In this document: piece after piece, positions 48,375 to 62,522 of the stretch
Position numbering within the stretch: the stretch's first letter is position 1
Layout of the letters: each line of letters starts with the position of its first letter
Assembly: GCA_951406725.2 (NCBI GenBank)
Contig: OX597827.1
Location: forward strand, 7,006,001-7,070,000
DNA: 64,000 nucleotides
From: Octopus vulgaris
Taxonomy: Eukaryota
Reading direction: 5' to 3'
Position numbers and translations under genes: made by a program
Notes under the pieces: model-generated
The model's input: the letters and a program-made list of their open reading frames with translations, nothing else
Told to the model about the DNA's origin: nothing
Database searches by the model: none

Positions 48375-50750
48375 CTGTTGATGTGTTTCAGTGAAAGCTG
48401 GTTTACCCCATCCATCACTGCAGTGAACACCTTCCATATCCATCATGGGTTGTTGAGATTTGCTCATGTTTCTCTCCAATGTGTACTGAATACCAGGAGG
48501 AACAAATATATATTTCGATTGGGTGTTTAATGCAGGTGTAACCTTGTGGTACATATCAACACTGTTGTTATAGTTGCTGTCTGTCTGCTTCAGTCTATGA
48601 ACTATACAGATCGATATAGAGATCACTACGACAACTGATATGATCACAGCTGCTACAACAATAACAATCATCACATTCAATTGGAGACCATTACTTGATT
48701 CTGTTGTTGTCTTTGAAGGGGTCTTAAATATCTTGGATGTGCTGTTACTAACTGTTAGAGTCAAAGACAAAGTTGTTGTCGACGACAGAACTGGACTGCC
48801 ACTGTCTTTCACACCTAATTCCAGTTCATAGAATCCAGCATCATTTTGGTAAAGTGAGCGAGAGAAAGATAAGACACCAGAGTGATGGTTCATTTGAAAT
48901 AAGTGTTTCTCATTACCTCTGAGTATTTCATATGTGAGGAAGGCATTGTGTTGACTGTCTCTGTCAGAGGCCCTAACAACTGTGATATCATGGTCAGAGT
49001 GGGGATGGTAGTGGACATTAAGACTGAAAGGGTCAACATTAGGGAAACTGAAATAGGGAGCATTATCATTTAAATCCATAACCTCAACAACAACATTTGC
49101 TCTCTTCTCCAGTGATGGTGTTCCTTTATCTTTTACTAAAACCTTAAACTCATACAGGTTCTTTTCTTCTCTGTCTAGGGACTCAGTTGTGGAAATGAAT
49201 CCCACATCAGATATCTGAAATGGTAGAATATCTTTTCCATTAGATAATAGAGAATAGGTTAATTGTCCTCCATCTCCAATATCTGGGTCTGTGGCATTGA
49301 CATATCCAACAGGGAAGTCTTTGTGTTCATTTTCATAGGTGAGAAACTTAAATATGTCCTGACTAAACTGAGGTTGTACATCATTTATGTCAGTAACCAG
49401 CATTGAAAACTGTTTCTCTACTTTCAATGGAGGTAAACCATTATCTTGACATTTAATGGTGAAATTAAAGCTCTTTTCTCTTTCTCTATCTATTTCACTC
49501 TTGACAACAACTTTGTATTTCTTTTCAGACACTGAGATTAGCTGAAGATATCTGTTTTGTAAATGACACTTCACTTGTCCATTTTTTCCACCGTCATTGT
49601 TGGTAACTTTGACATAAGCAACAAAACTGCCAATTTTAGATGCTTCTGAGATGAAAGCTGTGTTTCCAGTTGACTTTATAACAAATTTGATATCAATGTT
49701 TGGTGGATTGTTAATGTGACTGATTCCATTTATTAGAATGGGAACTGTTGAAGACATTGAAGGAATACCATTATCTCTGGCTTCAACAAATAATTTATAA
49801 ATTCTTCCAAACTGAAATTTTTGCTTCAGAAACAACTCTCCTGTTGCTTCATCCAACTTAAAGCATTCTTTTATTTTATTTGGTGTTTTGGCATTACTAA
49901 AGATATAAGAAATTCTTCCACTTTCTCCTTCATCTAAATCTGTTGCAGACAACCTCAGAATAGGTTTGTTTATTCTGTGCGTACCATTTACAGTAACATT
50001 GTAGATATTTTGCGAGAAAACAGGGGAGTTATCATTTTTATCTTCTACCAATATTTGTATATGAAATATACTTTCCTTTGGTGGTGATCCTCCATCTCTG
50101 GCAATTAATAGTATATTATATACATCTTTTTTCTCACGATCCAAGTTACTTTCCAAAATTAGTTGTAATAAATCAATTCCATCTGATTTCTTAGAAACAA
50201 ACAATTTGAAAGGAATATCTTCATCTGCTTTCAGTTGATAAGAGAGTTTAGAATTCTGAACACTGAAATCTTTGTCAATAGCATTGGGAAGTGTTTCTGT
50301 CGTTCCTATCAAATCATTTTCATCAAATTGTATTTTAAGTTCCTTTTTTGGAAATATAGGATAATTATCATTGACATCTTCTATCATAACTTTGATTTCT
50401 AATATCTTCATAAAAGAATGGCCTTCTTGAACTGCTATTTCCAATATCCTGAAACATTCCACATTATACTGACAAAGAATTTCTGCATCCAATATGGAAG
50501 CTGTGTACAGTTGTCCTCCAGGTGTAACATTAAACAACTGAACACTTCCGTCGGTAACACCCTGGATAACATTAAATGTCAGTTTGTCGCTGTTATCCTG
50601 GGACTGTATATTATCCATTAAGTGTGTATCAGTGACAATATCTCCAATATAACTGTGTACATCATTGTTCTCTTTCACATGGTAGGTATGGTCCACACAA
50701 AGGCAGCTCTCAGCCAACAACAACAGCATCAACATTAATACTGGAAACAT
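48375..50750 (-). CDS. Protocadherin F, ectodomain/TM exon; spliced product ~946 aa
   Basis: ORF 48351-50750; acceptor at 50758-50759, donor CAG|GTAAAA at 48375. Confidence 0.95.
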
Positions 50751-51134
50751 TTTGAATCTGAAATATAATTACATGCTGATATTCACAAAGAAGAATTTAA
50801 TAAATGTAGATAAAATACATCTTAACATTTAGTCCCGTAAATCAATCACAAGTCAAATATAATTCTCAAACTATTAAAATCAACCATCAACATTAAACAT
50901 AAAAGTGAAGACAGAATTATGATTCTTTAATAAAATTTGATTAAATTCTTTGGAAATGAAAGTATATCTGAATAAAATTATATTTATGTTCTTGCCCTCT
51001 TCTTTTTAATAGCAGTTTGTCAATGATTGTTTACTTGGTTAACATACCAGATTTACATAATTGTAAGTAAAATCAGTTTGACCCTGGGAAATATTATTTG
51101 ACCACACTCGCCAACTTTCCAACTCATTCACCCT

Positions 51135-53457
51135 GTGTCACTGTCTAGCCCACTTCTTTTATGTTCAACTTCTAAGGGTACATCTTCACACCTCATCACC
51201 ATCTTTCCCTTTCTAATTGGAGTAATCATGTATCTCCTCTACAAGACACCTATTTTTATCTCTTTATCATATTTTAATTTCTTATCACCTGGCATGTAAC
51301 CACTTCCCTCAACACATCCCAGTCAGCTCCACGGTCCTGTATTGCCAGTTTACACTGACCTAACTAGTGTCACTGTCTAGCCCACTTCTTTTATGTTCAA
51401 CTTCTAAGGGTACATCTTCACACCTCATCACCATCTTTCCCTTTCTAATTGGAGTAATCATGTATCTCCTCTACAAGACACCTATTTTTATCTCTTTATC
51501 ATATTTTAATTTCTTATCACCTGGCATGTAACCACTTCCCTCAACACATCCCAGTCAGCTCCACGGTCCTGTATTGCCAGTTTACACTGACCTAACTAGT
51601 GTCACTGTCTAGCCCACTTCTTTTATGTTCAACTTCTAAGGGTACATCTTCACACCTCATCACCATCTTTCCCTTTCTAATTGGAGTAATCATGTATCTC
51701 CTCTACAAGACACCTATTTTTATCTCTTTATCATATTTTAATTTCTTATCACCTGGCATGTAACCACTTCCCTCAACACATCCCAGTCAGCTCCACGGTC
51801 CTGTATTGCCAGTTTACACTGACCTAACTAGTGTCACTGTCTAGCCCACTTCTTTTATGTTCAACTTCTAAGGGTACATCTTCACACCTCATCACCATCT
51901 TTCCCTTTCTAATTGGAGTAATCATGTATCTCCTCTACAAGACACCTATTTTTATCTCTTTATCATATTTTAATTTCTTATCACCTGGCATGTAACCACT
52001 TCCCTCAACACATCCCAGTCAGCTCCACGGTCCTGTATTGCCAGTTTACACTGACCTAACTAGTGTCACTGTCTAGCCCACTTCTTTTATGTTCAACTTC
52101 TAAGGGTACATCTTCACACCTCATCACCATCTTTCCCTTTCTAATTGGAGTAATCATGTATCTCCTCTACAAGACACCTATTTTTATCTCTTTATCATAT
52201 TTTAATTTCTTATCACCTGGCATGTAACCACTTCCCTCAACACATCCCAGTCAGCTCCACGGTCCTGTATTGCCAGTTTACACTGACCTAACTAGTGTCA
52301 CTGTCTAGCCCACTTCTTTTATGTTCAACTTCTAAGGGTACATCTTCACACCTCATCACCATCTTTCCCTTTCTAATTGGAGTAATCATGTATCTCCTCT
52401 ACAAGACACCTATTTTTATCTCTTTATCATATTTTAATTTCTTATCACCTGGCATGTAACCACTTCCCTCAACACATCCCAGTCAGCTCCACGGTCCTGT
52501 ATTGCCAGTTTACACTGACCTAACTAGTGTCACTGTCTAGCCCACTTCTTTTATGTTCAACTTCTAAGGGTACATCTTCACACCTCATCACCATCTTTCC
52601 CTTTCTAATTGGAGTAATCATGTATCTCCTCTACAAGACACCTATTTTTATCTCTTTATCATATTTTAATTTCTTATCACCTGGCATGTAACCACTTCCC
52701 TCAACACATCCCAGTCAGCTCCACGGTCCTGTATTGCCAGTTTACACTGACCTAACTAGTGTCACTGTCTAGCCCACTTCTTTTATGTTCAACTTCTAAG
52801 GGTACATCTTCACACCTCATCACCATCTTTCCCTTTCTAATTGGAGTAATCATGTATCTCCTCTACAAGACACCTATTTTTATCTCTTTATCATATTTTA
52901 ATTTCTTATCACCTGGCATGTAACCACTTCCCTCAACACATCCCAGTCAGCTCCACGGTCCTGTATTGCCAGTTTACACTGACCTAACTAGTGTCACTGT
53001 CTAGCCCACTTCTTTTATGTTCAACTTCTAAGGGTACATCTTCACACCTCATCACCATCTTTCCCTTTCTAATTGGAGTAATCATGTATCTCCTCTACAA
53101 GACACCTATTTTTATCTCTTTATCATATTTTAATTTCTTATCACCTGGCATGTAACCACTTCCCTCAACACATCCCAGTCAGCTCCACGGTCCTGTATTG
53201 CCAGTTTACACTGACCTAACTAGTGTCACTGTCTAGCCCACTTCTTTTATGTTCAACTTCTAAGGGTACATCTTCACACCTCATCACCATCTTTCCCTTT
53301 CTAATTGGAGTAATCATGTATCTCCTCTACAAGACACCTATTTTTATCTCTTTATCATATTTTAATTTCTTATCACCTGGCATGTAACCACTTCCCTCAA
53401 CACATCCCAGTCAGCTCCACGGTCCTGTATTGCCAGTTTACACTGACCTAACTAGTG
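51135..53457. repeat. Tandem array, 10 x 232 bp, apparently identical units, in intron 1 of gene F
   Basis: GTGTCACTGTCTAGCCC starts at 51135, 51367, 51599, 51831, 52063, 52295, 52527, 52759, 52991 and 53223. Confidence 0.97.
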
Positions 53458-53683
53458 ATAGTGCCACATAAATGCACCCACTACACACTGAAATGGCTAG
53501 AGTATCCAGCTGTAGAAACCATACTACAGCAGAGACTGGAGCTTGACGCAGTACAACTCACTGGCTCTTGTGAAACTGACCATTCAATTCTGGCATGGAA
53601 AATGAGATTATAATGTTAATAATAATATCTGTAACAGCGAAAAATACCTCAGGAATGAGAACCCAGGTTCGAAATTTCCCCAA

Positions 53684-53729
53684 GATACCTGAAGAAGGCT
53701 TGAAGGTATATCAGCCGAAAAGTTGTGTT
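53684..53729 (+). ncRNA. Degenerate minimal hammerhead ribozyme motif (antisense to gene F)
   Basis: GATAC-CTGAAGA-A GGCTTGA AGGTATA TCAGCC-GAAA-AG-TT-GTGTT: stem I, core, stem II, GAAA, minimal stem III. Confidence 0.5.
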
Positions 53730-54499
53730 AACAACAAACAAGATGAGGACAAATATCCATCAAATGTAAATAATGTACGTATAATGGAGTCATTAAGAGT
53801 TACTGTTGCTGTTTAGCCCCAGGTCAGCAAGAACGAACAGATCTATGATCCAAAACATTCAAGCTTTCAGAAAATTTGAAAAATACACTATGTTACGTGA
53901 CATTCTGTTTCTCAAGACTGGGGGATATGATTCGAGGGAGGTTTGACTGTCATCTCTAACAGGTCAATCAACAGCCTAAACAACTTCCTCATTAGTACGT
54001 TAAGAGTAACCTCCCTTGCTAATAAACCCTACGCAATCGCTCATTCATAAAACGAATCAGTCTAAAGAAAATAGAATATTGAGCATTTCACAATATTGAG
54101 CAAAAAGTTCGTTAAGAATTCAACTAATATAATCTACATCTTGCCATTATCATAATTATATCCTGTCGTTATTAACTTAAACTATTACTATATAGATGAC
54201 AAAACTGAGAATACTGAAGAAAGAAATATGTATTCAAAGAATGTAATTGTTATATAGCTGTTAAAATAACAATAAACAGTTTTTTTATTTTTTAGAAACG
54301 TCCAAGCTTCAATATTTGTAGAAAATGTATTGGAAATAATTAAGTAAAAGACGTTTGAAAATAACATTGTAATACAGGAAGTACTAATCTGACTTATACA
54401 TTGATGTAGTATTTCCTGGATTGTAGTTACTGGTAGAGAGATGAACAAATATCTGAAGAACCAATTTACACAACAAAATAACTTTTAATAAATACTTAC

Positions 54500-54745
54500 C
54501 AACAGTTGTCAGTTGTTTATATTGTTGTTAATGAACTTTTTCAATGTTCTGGCAACACAAAGTTTTAATAGTGGCAGAAGTTCTGAGTAGTTTGGTATGT
54601 AACAGTGTTATATAGTTCTATCAAGTTGGTTGTGTAGTGTGTAATGTGTGTTGTAGCCAATGACAAGCTGTCTTTTATTCCAGTGCAAGGAAACGGAAAT
54701 ACAGCCTCCAACTTTTGCAGTAAATGATGGGCAGACTCACAAAAT
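54500..54745 (-). promoter_or_regulatory. Gene F non-coding 5' exon and conserved promoter-like cassette
   Basis: Donor CTGTTG|GTAAGT at 54500; CCAAT at 54657; ACGGAAAT; AP-1-like site changed to AGACTCA. Confidence 0.75.
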
Positions 54746-56160
54746 ATTTCACTTAGACACACTCATGTATAGATACATACATATACATGTGTGTGGTGAG
54801 AAGAAACCCAACTAAATGGATGGAAATATTAATAAAGTTTAAAGCAATGAAATATAAAATTAGAGTCTATTAAAAATAAATTACATTTTAATTTTAATGC
54901 ATAAAAGTTATTTTCTAACTTCAGTCAAAGTTATAAAACTTTTCATCTCAGATTTCTCTTTGACTTTTCAAAATTATCTGCTTGAGATAAACTTAATAAA
55001 TGTTATTGAATAATATTTTTAGAAGTTAATTTCATTATAAAATTGTTGAGCTCATTTGAAAATACGAAATTATGGCTCCAAATAATTGTGTTGAATAATG
55101 ATTAGAAAATGGGCACTTATTTCTAATGTTCCCTGTAGAAAATAAAAAGTATGAAATGGAAATATGTCTATGGAGTTTTCACATTTGAGACTTAACATAA
55201 ATATCAATTAAAATTGATCTCAATTCATTTCTGTTACATTCCTATATCATATAGCTAATTATTAAAAAAAAAAGTTTTTGTTCTTTTCTTTTCTTCTTTG
55301 GAAACTCCTAGTTTCCTTAACAACTAATCAATAATGCATATTCTTTATATTGTTTAGAAATGGTAAACTATGGCTGAATATTAAGAAACACATATGTATT
55401 TTGTATATTTTGATAACAAGGGGAAATGCATTGCTTTTTCTGTACTTAAATGAAAGTGAATCTATTTATGATAGGGTAATTTCAATACTTGGCCTATCAG
55501 CAATGCGTTTTATAAAATTCCCAGAAAGTATAATGGATAGATGTGTTATGTATTTTTGTATGGCTTCACGATGTATATCCAGATAGTGTAAGTATATATA
55601 CTCTGATAGCTTCCAAAACACGAATGGTTATAAGTTCCTCCCAAGCACACCTTGGTAGATATCAACTGGTCGTTTGGGAGGATATTTCACTCTTAAATGT
55701 ACCAGTCACTCCAGATATTTTGATAATTCCATTATATTTCCTTTTTCTTATTTCTTGGAGTCAATTAAAGATCAAATTTGAAAATATATGGATCATATAT
55801 TTAAGGTTTATAACATTGGTATTATATAATTCTGGTCAGACATACTCTGAAGTATTTCTTGAGCAAGCATTATTGAAATACATTATGATTATTTTTTTTT
55901 ATATACTTTCATTCAAAATATTCATTGTAATATACAAACTGTTATATAAATAAAAATTATTTTTGATATAGTTAATAATAAGATAAGCTTAAATCATGCA
56001 AACAAGTAAAGAAGACCCTGGCAAATGATTGGCAAGGTCGTCTCCGGTGGGATATAATTTGAACTTAGTACACGAACAAGCATAGAATACGACCAAGTAT
56101 TTAGTCACTCGGTATACTAGTTCTACATCTGTGAGCCATCTGTTTCTAAGTACTTGAGCA

Positions 56161-56480
56161 TTAGTTTTGTGGTGTAGGTAATGGCGGTACCTGAGCTAAT
56201 GAAGATACCTTCGGTAGTGTTGCTACTTTTGGTACGGTTGTTAGGGGTGGCTTAGAGTATGGAATAAAGGCACTTGTCATTGGTTCTGAAAATGATTGTT
56301 CAGTTATGTCAGTTGTGTTACCAGTTACAGTCAAGGGTATTTGGTCAGGATTGCAAAAAGTATTATTGTCAACGTTTGGATAAGGATGTCGATCATTGTT
56401 ATTTCCCCTTGATCTGTTGATTGTGTATGGAAGTTGGTTTCTCCTGTTCCATGTGTGATCACTTTGATAAGGACACAAAT
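56161..56480 (-). CDS. Protocadherin G, last exon
   Basis: AG at 56481-56482. (D)LCPYQSDHTWNRRNQLP...VPKVATLPKVSSLAQVPPLPTPQN*. Confidence 0.88.
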
Positions 56481-57518
56481 CTGGAAATATATCGATTTAT
56501 AGGTTACCTTGTATAATTTTTTTTTCTTTTTTTGCCTGGTGAATAGAAGCAAGGTTTCTTACATACGTTTTTCAAAATAAAAGAAAGTCAAAGTATGTGT
56601 ACATTTTAATAACAACAACTACAAAAGTATGGTGCTACTTTGGCATGTGATCTACAGGGGGATTACTCTAGGTTACTTTTTAGTTTACTTTTCAATTTCT
56701 AAAACCCCATAAAATGTTGGCTACAGATTTTTACAATGTGATCAGCGACAAGAGAAAGGCTGTTGCATTTTTATAAGAAACCAGCCACTAAATTCACATT
56801 TCTTAAGAAAAAGAAACATGCAACTTTGTCATGTGACGTACAATTTAAAGGGAGACTACTTTAGGTTACTTTTTAGTATACTTTGTGTTATTGCTACTTT
56901 CTGAGTGATCAACGTGGACAAACTTACTTTGGTGGGTGATCTACATGCTTATTTTAATTATTATATGGTTCTCTTTTTATCAAAATACTAAGAATTTTTG
57001 AAAAAGGACATTTAAAATTTTAAGTGTGTACAAAATAATTAAAAAAATAAAGTAATCTCATTTGTGGATCACACACCAGAGTAGCACCAAAAATATAGTA
57101 ATAGTAATACTTCCACACTGCTATGCAGATATGAAGTAGGTACACAGACAAATATTTGGTTTCATACTTGAAATAAAAGAAAAAAGGTTCCAAGTGTCTT
57201 AAAGGAATGCTATTTATGGGTTTGATGATAATCTTGTGTTTCTGTGAGTGTCTGCACTGTACTGAATTATTTATTCTTTTTTTCCATTGTCCTCTCTTTT
57301 TGATGCCCACAAATATCTTTGCACAGAAAGAAGCCAAGTATATTCAGACTAAAAGAGGAATGAGCTCCCCTAGATTTCAAACATCCAAGACACACTGTAT
57401 ATCAAACTGGTTCACCTACAACAGACTCAGAATTTAAGGGGCTCATAACCACCACTTTACCTTTATGAAAACAGAATAATTTCCTTGCATACAAAAATTA
57501 CACCCGCACACCACCACA

Positions 57519-57552
<34 letters not shown>

Positions 57553-57704
57553 GAAAGAATGGAGTTGAACGCCGATTTAACAAAATTCCTTTATTCTTGA
57601 CATATTCTCGACATCACTACCCAGGTATCGGTTAACCGAATTATCCATACTAGGATAATTCATTCAACTACTTAAATATTCATATATATATATATATATA
57701 TATA

Positions 57705-58089
57705 CTAGCAGTATCGCCCGGCGTTGCTCAGGTTTGTAAGGGAAATAACTATAAAGCATTTTTAGAGAATTATAGCCAAAAAATAGCAAAAAAATGGGAA
57801 AAAAATGATGGTAAATTTTTTTTGAGAGTTAAAAAAGGTGGAGTTGCGTCCCCTAGACGGTCTGTGGTTTGGGTTTCTGATTCTCGACCCCATGTCGAAT
57901 TTATCGATTTTTTTCAGAACTGGGGGAACTTTTCAAAATTTTCGCTGCGTTAGTTTTGAATTATGACATTGGGCTATGTGTGTGTCAAGTTTCATCAGAA
58001 TCGGTTGAAAGCCGTGGTCAGGGTGAGGGTACAAGCAAACAGACACACAGAAACACACACAGACAAACTGCCGTTAATATAGAGAGAGA
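57705..58089 (-). mobile_element. Non-autonomous Helitron-like element
   Basis: Minus-strand 5' TCTCTCTCTATATT; 3' hairpin and CTAG nearly identical to 23900-23945. Confidence 0.7.
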
Positions 58090-58576
58090 TATATATATAT
58101 ACACATATATATACAGTACATGCACTGACTGTCTGCATGGTAAAGGAATTGGTTTTAGGTTCAGTCCCACTGCATAGCACCCTAGGCAAGGGATTTCCAC
58201 TGTAGTCTCATCCCAACTAAAGCCTTTTGAGTGGTAAATGGAAACTGAAAACAAAGGCTGTTCTATATAAATGTTTGTGTGTGTGTGTGTGTGTGTAAGG
58301 GTTATGTGTTTGTGTCTCCCTGTCTTGACAGCATGGTATAGTAGTCAATGACCTTCACACCTTGGGGGAAGACTGTCTTGCTTGGATACAAGTGAAGATT
58401 AGTGACACGAAATACATCTGGTCATGAAAAATTATTAGCCTTGTTGAATGCTGTTCAGCCAATCTAAGCATGGAAGCATGAACAGCAGAACCAATGGTGA
58501 TGGTAACTGACTGTATCAAAATAACTAAGCAAATTATTAGACTATAGTGTAGAAATATTCAGTATTTCTAACTTAC

Positions 58577-58727
58577 CTGGCAGTTCCTCATAGTGTCCAG
58601 CACTGCCGACACTCCAGCCATGACCACTATCAGTGAGAGATGACAATGTTGACATCTCAGTGAATTGGTCAGCACTGTTTAGTTCTCTGTAACCTGGAGA
58701 CATACTTTCTTCTCTTGGAACAAACAT
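58577..58727 (-). CDS. Protocadherin G, 151-nt cytoplasmic exon
   Basis: AG at 58728-58729, GTAAGT donor. MFVPREESMSPGYRELNSADQFTEMSTLSSLTDSGHGWSVGSAGHYEELP. Confidence 0.92.
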
Positions 58728-59042
58728 CTAGAAACAGTAAAATAGATCCACTCTATTTCATGACATTTCATAATTCTTGTTTTGTTTGCATATTATAAGG
58801 TGTAACATCAAGTATCACCATTTATATAGATCATAATAATTATCATGTGTGTTAGTATAAAATATTAAACAATAATTTGGAATCTTCATTGCAGAAATTA
58901 GAATTGATAAAATATGATTATCTTCATCTTTTGCCTTTTGTAGCACTGCTTCGAAAGTTCTTCGTAAATTACTTCAAATTTCATGTTAATACTGGAATTT
59001 TGAAAGGCGAAATACTTTGAAATTAATGGAAAATTATCTTAC

Positions 59043-61418
59043 CTGTTGATTTTCTCTTAATCTGATCATTGGCATAGTTCTGTACTGAATATCTTCTCTA
59101 TCTACCATTGGTTGTTGGGGTTTCTTCAGATTTCTCTCTACTGTGTACTGAACTCCAGGAGGAACACAGGTAGGATCAAATATATATTTTGATTGCACGT
59201 TTAATGCAGGTGTAACCTTGTGGTACATATCAACACTGTCGTTATAGTTGTTGTCTGTCTGCTTCAGTCTATGAACTATACAGATCGATATAGAGATCAC
59301 TATGACAACTGATACGATCACAGCTGCTATAACAATAACAATCATCACATTCAATTGGAGACCATTACTTGATTCTGTTGTTGTCTTTGAAGGGGTCTTA
59401 AATATCTTTGATGTGGTGTTACTAACTGTTAGAGTCAAAGACAAAGTTGTTGTCGATGACAGAACTGGACTGCCACTGTCTTTCACACCTAATTCCAGTT
59501 CATAGAATCCAGCATCATTTTGGTAAAGTGAGCGAGAGAAAGATAAGACACCAGAGTGATGGTTCATTTGAAATAAGTGTTTCTCATTACCTCTGAGTAT
59601 TTCATATGTGAGGAAGGCATTGTGTTGACTGTCTCTGTCAGAGGCCCTAACAACTGTGATATCATGGTCAGAGTGGGGATGGTAGTGGACATTAAGACTG
59701 AAAGGGTCAGCATTAGGGAAACTGAAATAGGGAGCATTATCATTTAAATCCATAACCTCAACAACAACATTTGCTCTCTTCTCCAGCGATGGTGTTCCTT
59801 TATCTTTTACTAAAACCTTAAACTCATACAGGTTCTTTTCTTCTCTGTCTAGGGACTCAGTTGTGGAAATGAATCCCACATCAGATATCTGAAATGGTAG
59901 AATATCTTTTCCATTAGATAATAGAGAATAGGTTAATTGTCCTCCATCTCCAATATCTGGGTCTGTGGCATTGACATATCCAACAGGGAAGTCTTTGTGT
60001 TCATTTTCATAGGTGAGAAACTTAAATATGTCCTGACTAAACTGAGGTTGTACATCATTTATGTCAGTGACCAGCACAGAAAACTGTTTCTCTACTTTCA
60101 ATGGAGGTAAACCATTATCTTGACATTTAATGGTGAAATTAAAGCTCTTCTCACTCTCTCTATCTAGTTCACTCTTGACAACAACTTTGTATTTCTTTCC
60201 AGAAATTGAGATAAGTTGAAGGTATCTGTTTTCTAAATGACACTTCACTTGTCCATTTGCTCCACCGTCATTGTCAGTAATTTTGACATAAGCAACAAAA
60301 CTGCCAATTTTAGATGCTTCTGAGATTACAGCTGTGTTTCCCGTTGACTTAATGACAAATCTGAAGTCAATGTTTGGTGAATTGTTAATGTGACTGATAC
60401 CATTTATGAAAACAGTGGCAGTTGAGGACAAAGGCAGTTTACCATTATCTGTGGCTTTGACAAATATTTTATAGGATTTTCCAAACTGAAATTCTGTTGT
60501 TACAAATAAGTCTCCAGTTACTCTGTTCAATCGAAAGCATTCTTTTATCTTATTAGGTGTTTTAGGACTGAGAGTATAAGAAATTTTTCCATTTTCCCCC
60601 ACATCTAAATCTGTGGCAGAAAGTCTTATGACAGGTTTGTTCATCTGGTGTGTATCATTGATAGTAATGTTATAGATATTCTGAGAGAACACTGGAGAGT
60701 TATCATTTTCGTCTTGTACTGATATTATTATATCCAGTACACCTTCCTTTTGCAGAGATCCTCCATCTCTTGCAATCAACTGAAAACTGTAAATGTCTTT
60801 TTTCTCACGATCTAAGTTGCCTTCCAAAGTTAGTTGTAATAAATCTGTTCCATCTAATTCTTTAGAAACGAACAGTTTGAAAGGAATATCTTCACCTTTT
60901 TTAAGCTGATATACAAGTTTAGAATTGTGAGTACTGACATCATTGTCCGTGGCTTTTGGAACTCTTTCTTTTGAGTCTTTTGAATCATTTTCATCAAATG
61001 TTAAATGAAATTCTTTGTTTGGGAAAATAGGATAATTATCATTAACATCTTCTATCATAACTTTGATTTCTAATATTTTCATAAAAGAATGGCCTTCTTG
61101 AACTGCTATTTCCAATAACCTGAAACATTCCACATTATATTGACATAGAGATTCTGCATCCAATATGGCAGCTGTGTACAGTTGTCCTCCAGGTGTAACA
61201 TTAAACAATTGAACACCTCCATCAGTACCACCCTGGAGTACATTAAATGTCAGTTTGTTGCTATCATCCCGAGTCTGTATATTATCCAGTAAATGTGTAT
61301 CACTGACAATATCTCCAATGAAGCTGTGTACATCATTATTCTCTTTTATATGGTAGATATGATCCACACACCGGCAGCTGTCAGTCAAAAACAACACCAA
61401 CAATATCACTGAAATCAT
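59043..61418 (-). CDS. Protocadherin G, ectodomain/TM exon; spliced product ~948 aa
   Basis: ORF 59034-61535; acceptor at 61426-61427, ATG at 61418 (MISVIL...), donor CAG|GTAAGA at 59043. Confidence 0.95.
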
Positions 61419-61584
61419 CTTTAATCTGAAACAGAATTTTTTAATTAAAGTTTGTATATACAAATGAGAATCTAATAAATGTAAAGAAAAAATTTCTTTA
61501 ACATTTAGTGCCTTTACATTCTTCTCTAAATTCAATTTAGTTTCAGCTATTTAATCCAAATTTTTAGTTTTGCATACAACTGAA

Positions 61585-61595
61585 CACACACACAC

Positions 61596-61652
<57 letters not shown>

Positions 61653-61985
61653 TATATTATGTGTGTGTATGTGTATATATATATATAATGTATTTCCATA
61701 TATATATATATATGCATGTGTGTGTATATATATATATAGATATATATATAATCATATGCATATGTGTGTGTGTATTTATATAAATGTATGTATATGTATG
61801 CACATATATATATATATATACATGTGTATATGTGTGAATGAATATATATGCATGTGCTTGTATCTATGTATATATATTTATATATGTATATATATGCATA
61901 TGTGTGTATATATATAAATACACATATGTATATATGCATGCGTTTATTTAGATAGATAGACAGATAGATAGATGTGTATGTGTCC
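61585..61985. repeat. Compound (CA)/(TA)/(TG)/(GATA) microsatellite
   Basis: Directly visible low-complexity tract. Confidence 0.9.
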
Positions 61986-62522
61986 CATACTTAGAAATAT
62001 ATTTGGGATTAGCATTATATAATGCAAGTTGTATCTGACTCAACTTATTCTTCACATGTATCTTTTATTTGGTATTTAAATTAAGGTATCTCAGAATTAC
62101 ATTCAGAAGAATTCTAATAAATTTTCTCCAAGATTCAGAGAGCAATTAACTTACATAATTATTACACCCCTTGGAATCTGAAAAGCTTTAAATTTGATCA
62201 AATTTCTCAGTATTCCATATATTTTGTTTAGTGGCATCCATTTGTTGGAGGTACAATTCCAACAGAAAGAAAGGGTAACCACAGATGATAAACTAAGGTG
62301 AGAGAGTGAGAGTATGGTGACACTATGGAGGAGAAAATGCAGATGGGAAGGCAGTGCTAGAAGGAATAATGAATGAGAAACAGTATAGGTGGAGTACAAT
62401 GAGAGAGGGTGGAATGACTGGGTAATATGAGACTGTTGTGGCAGTTATGTGTTTGTTCATAAGGGAGAGTTGATTAATTGGCTGTAATAAAAATTGTTGC
62501 TGGCAAAGGAGTACTATGGAAA

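Noticed and set aside
51135-53457. CRISPR array or coding repeat
   Set aside because: Units are identical 232-mers with no unique spacers, no cas genes, a length not divisible by 3 and no ORF; the context is eukaryotic.
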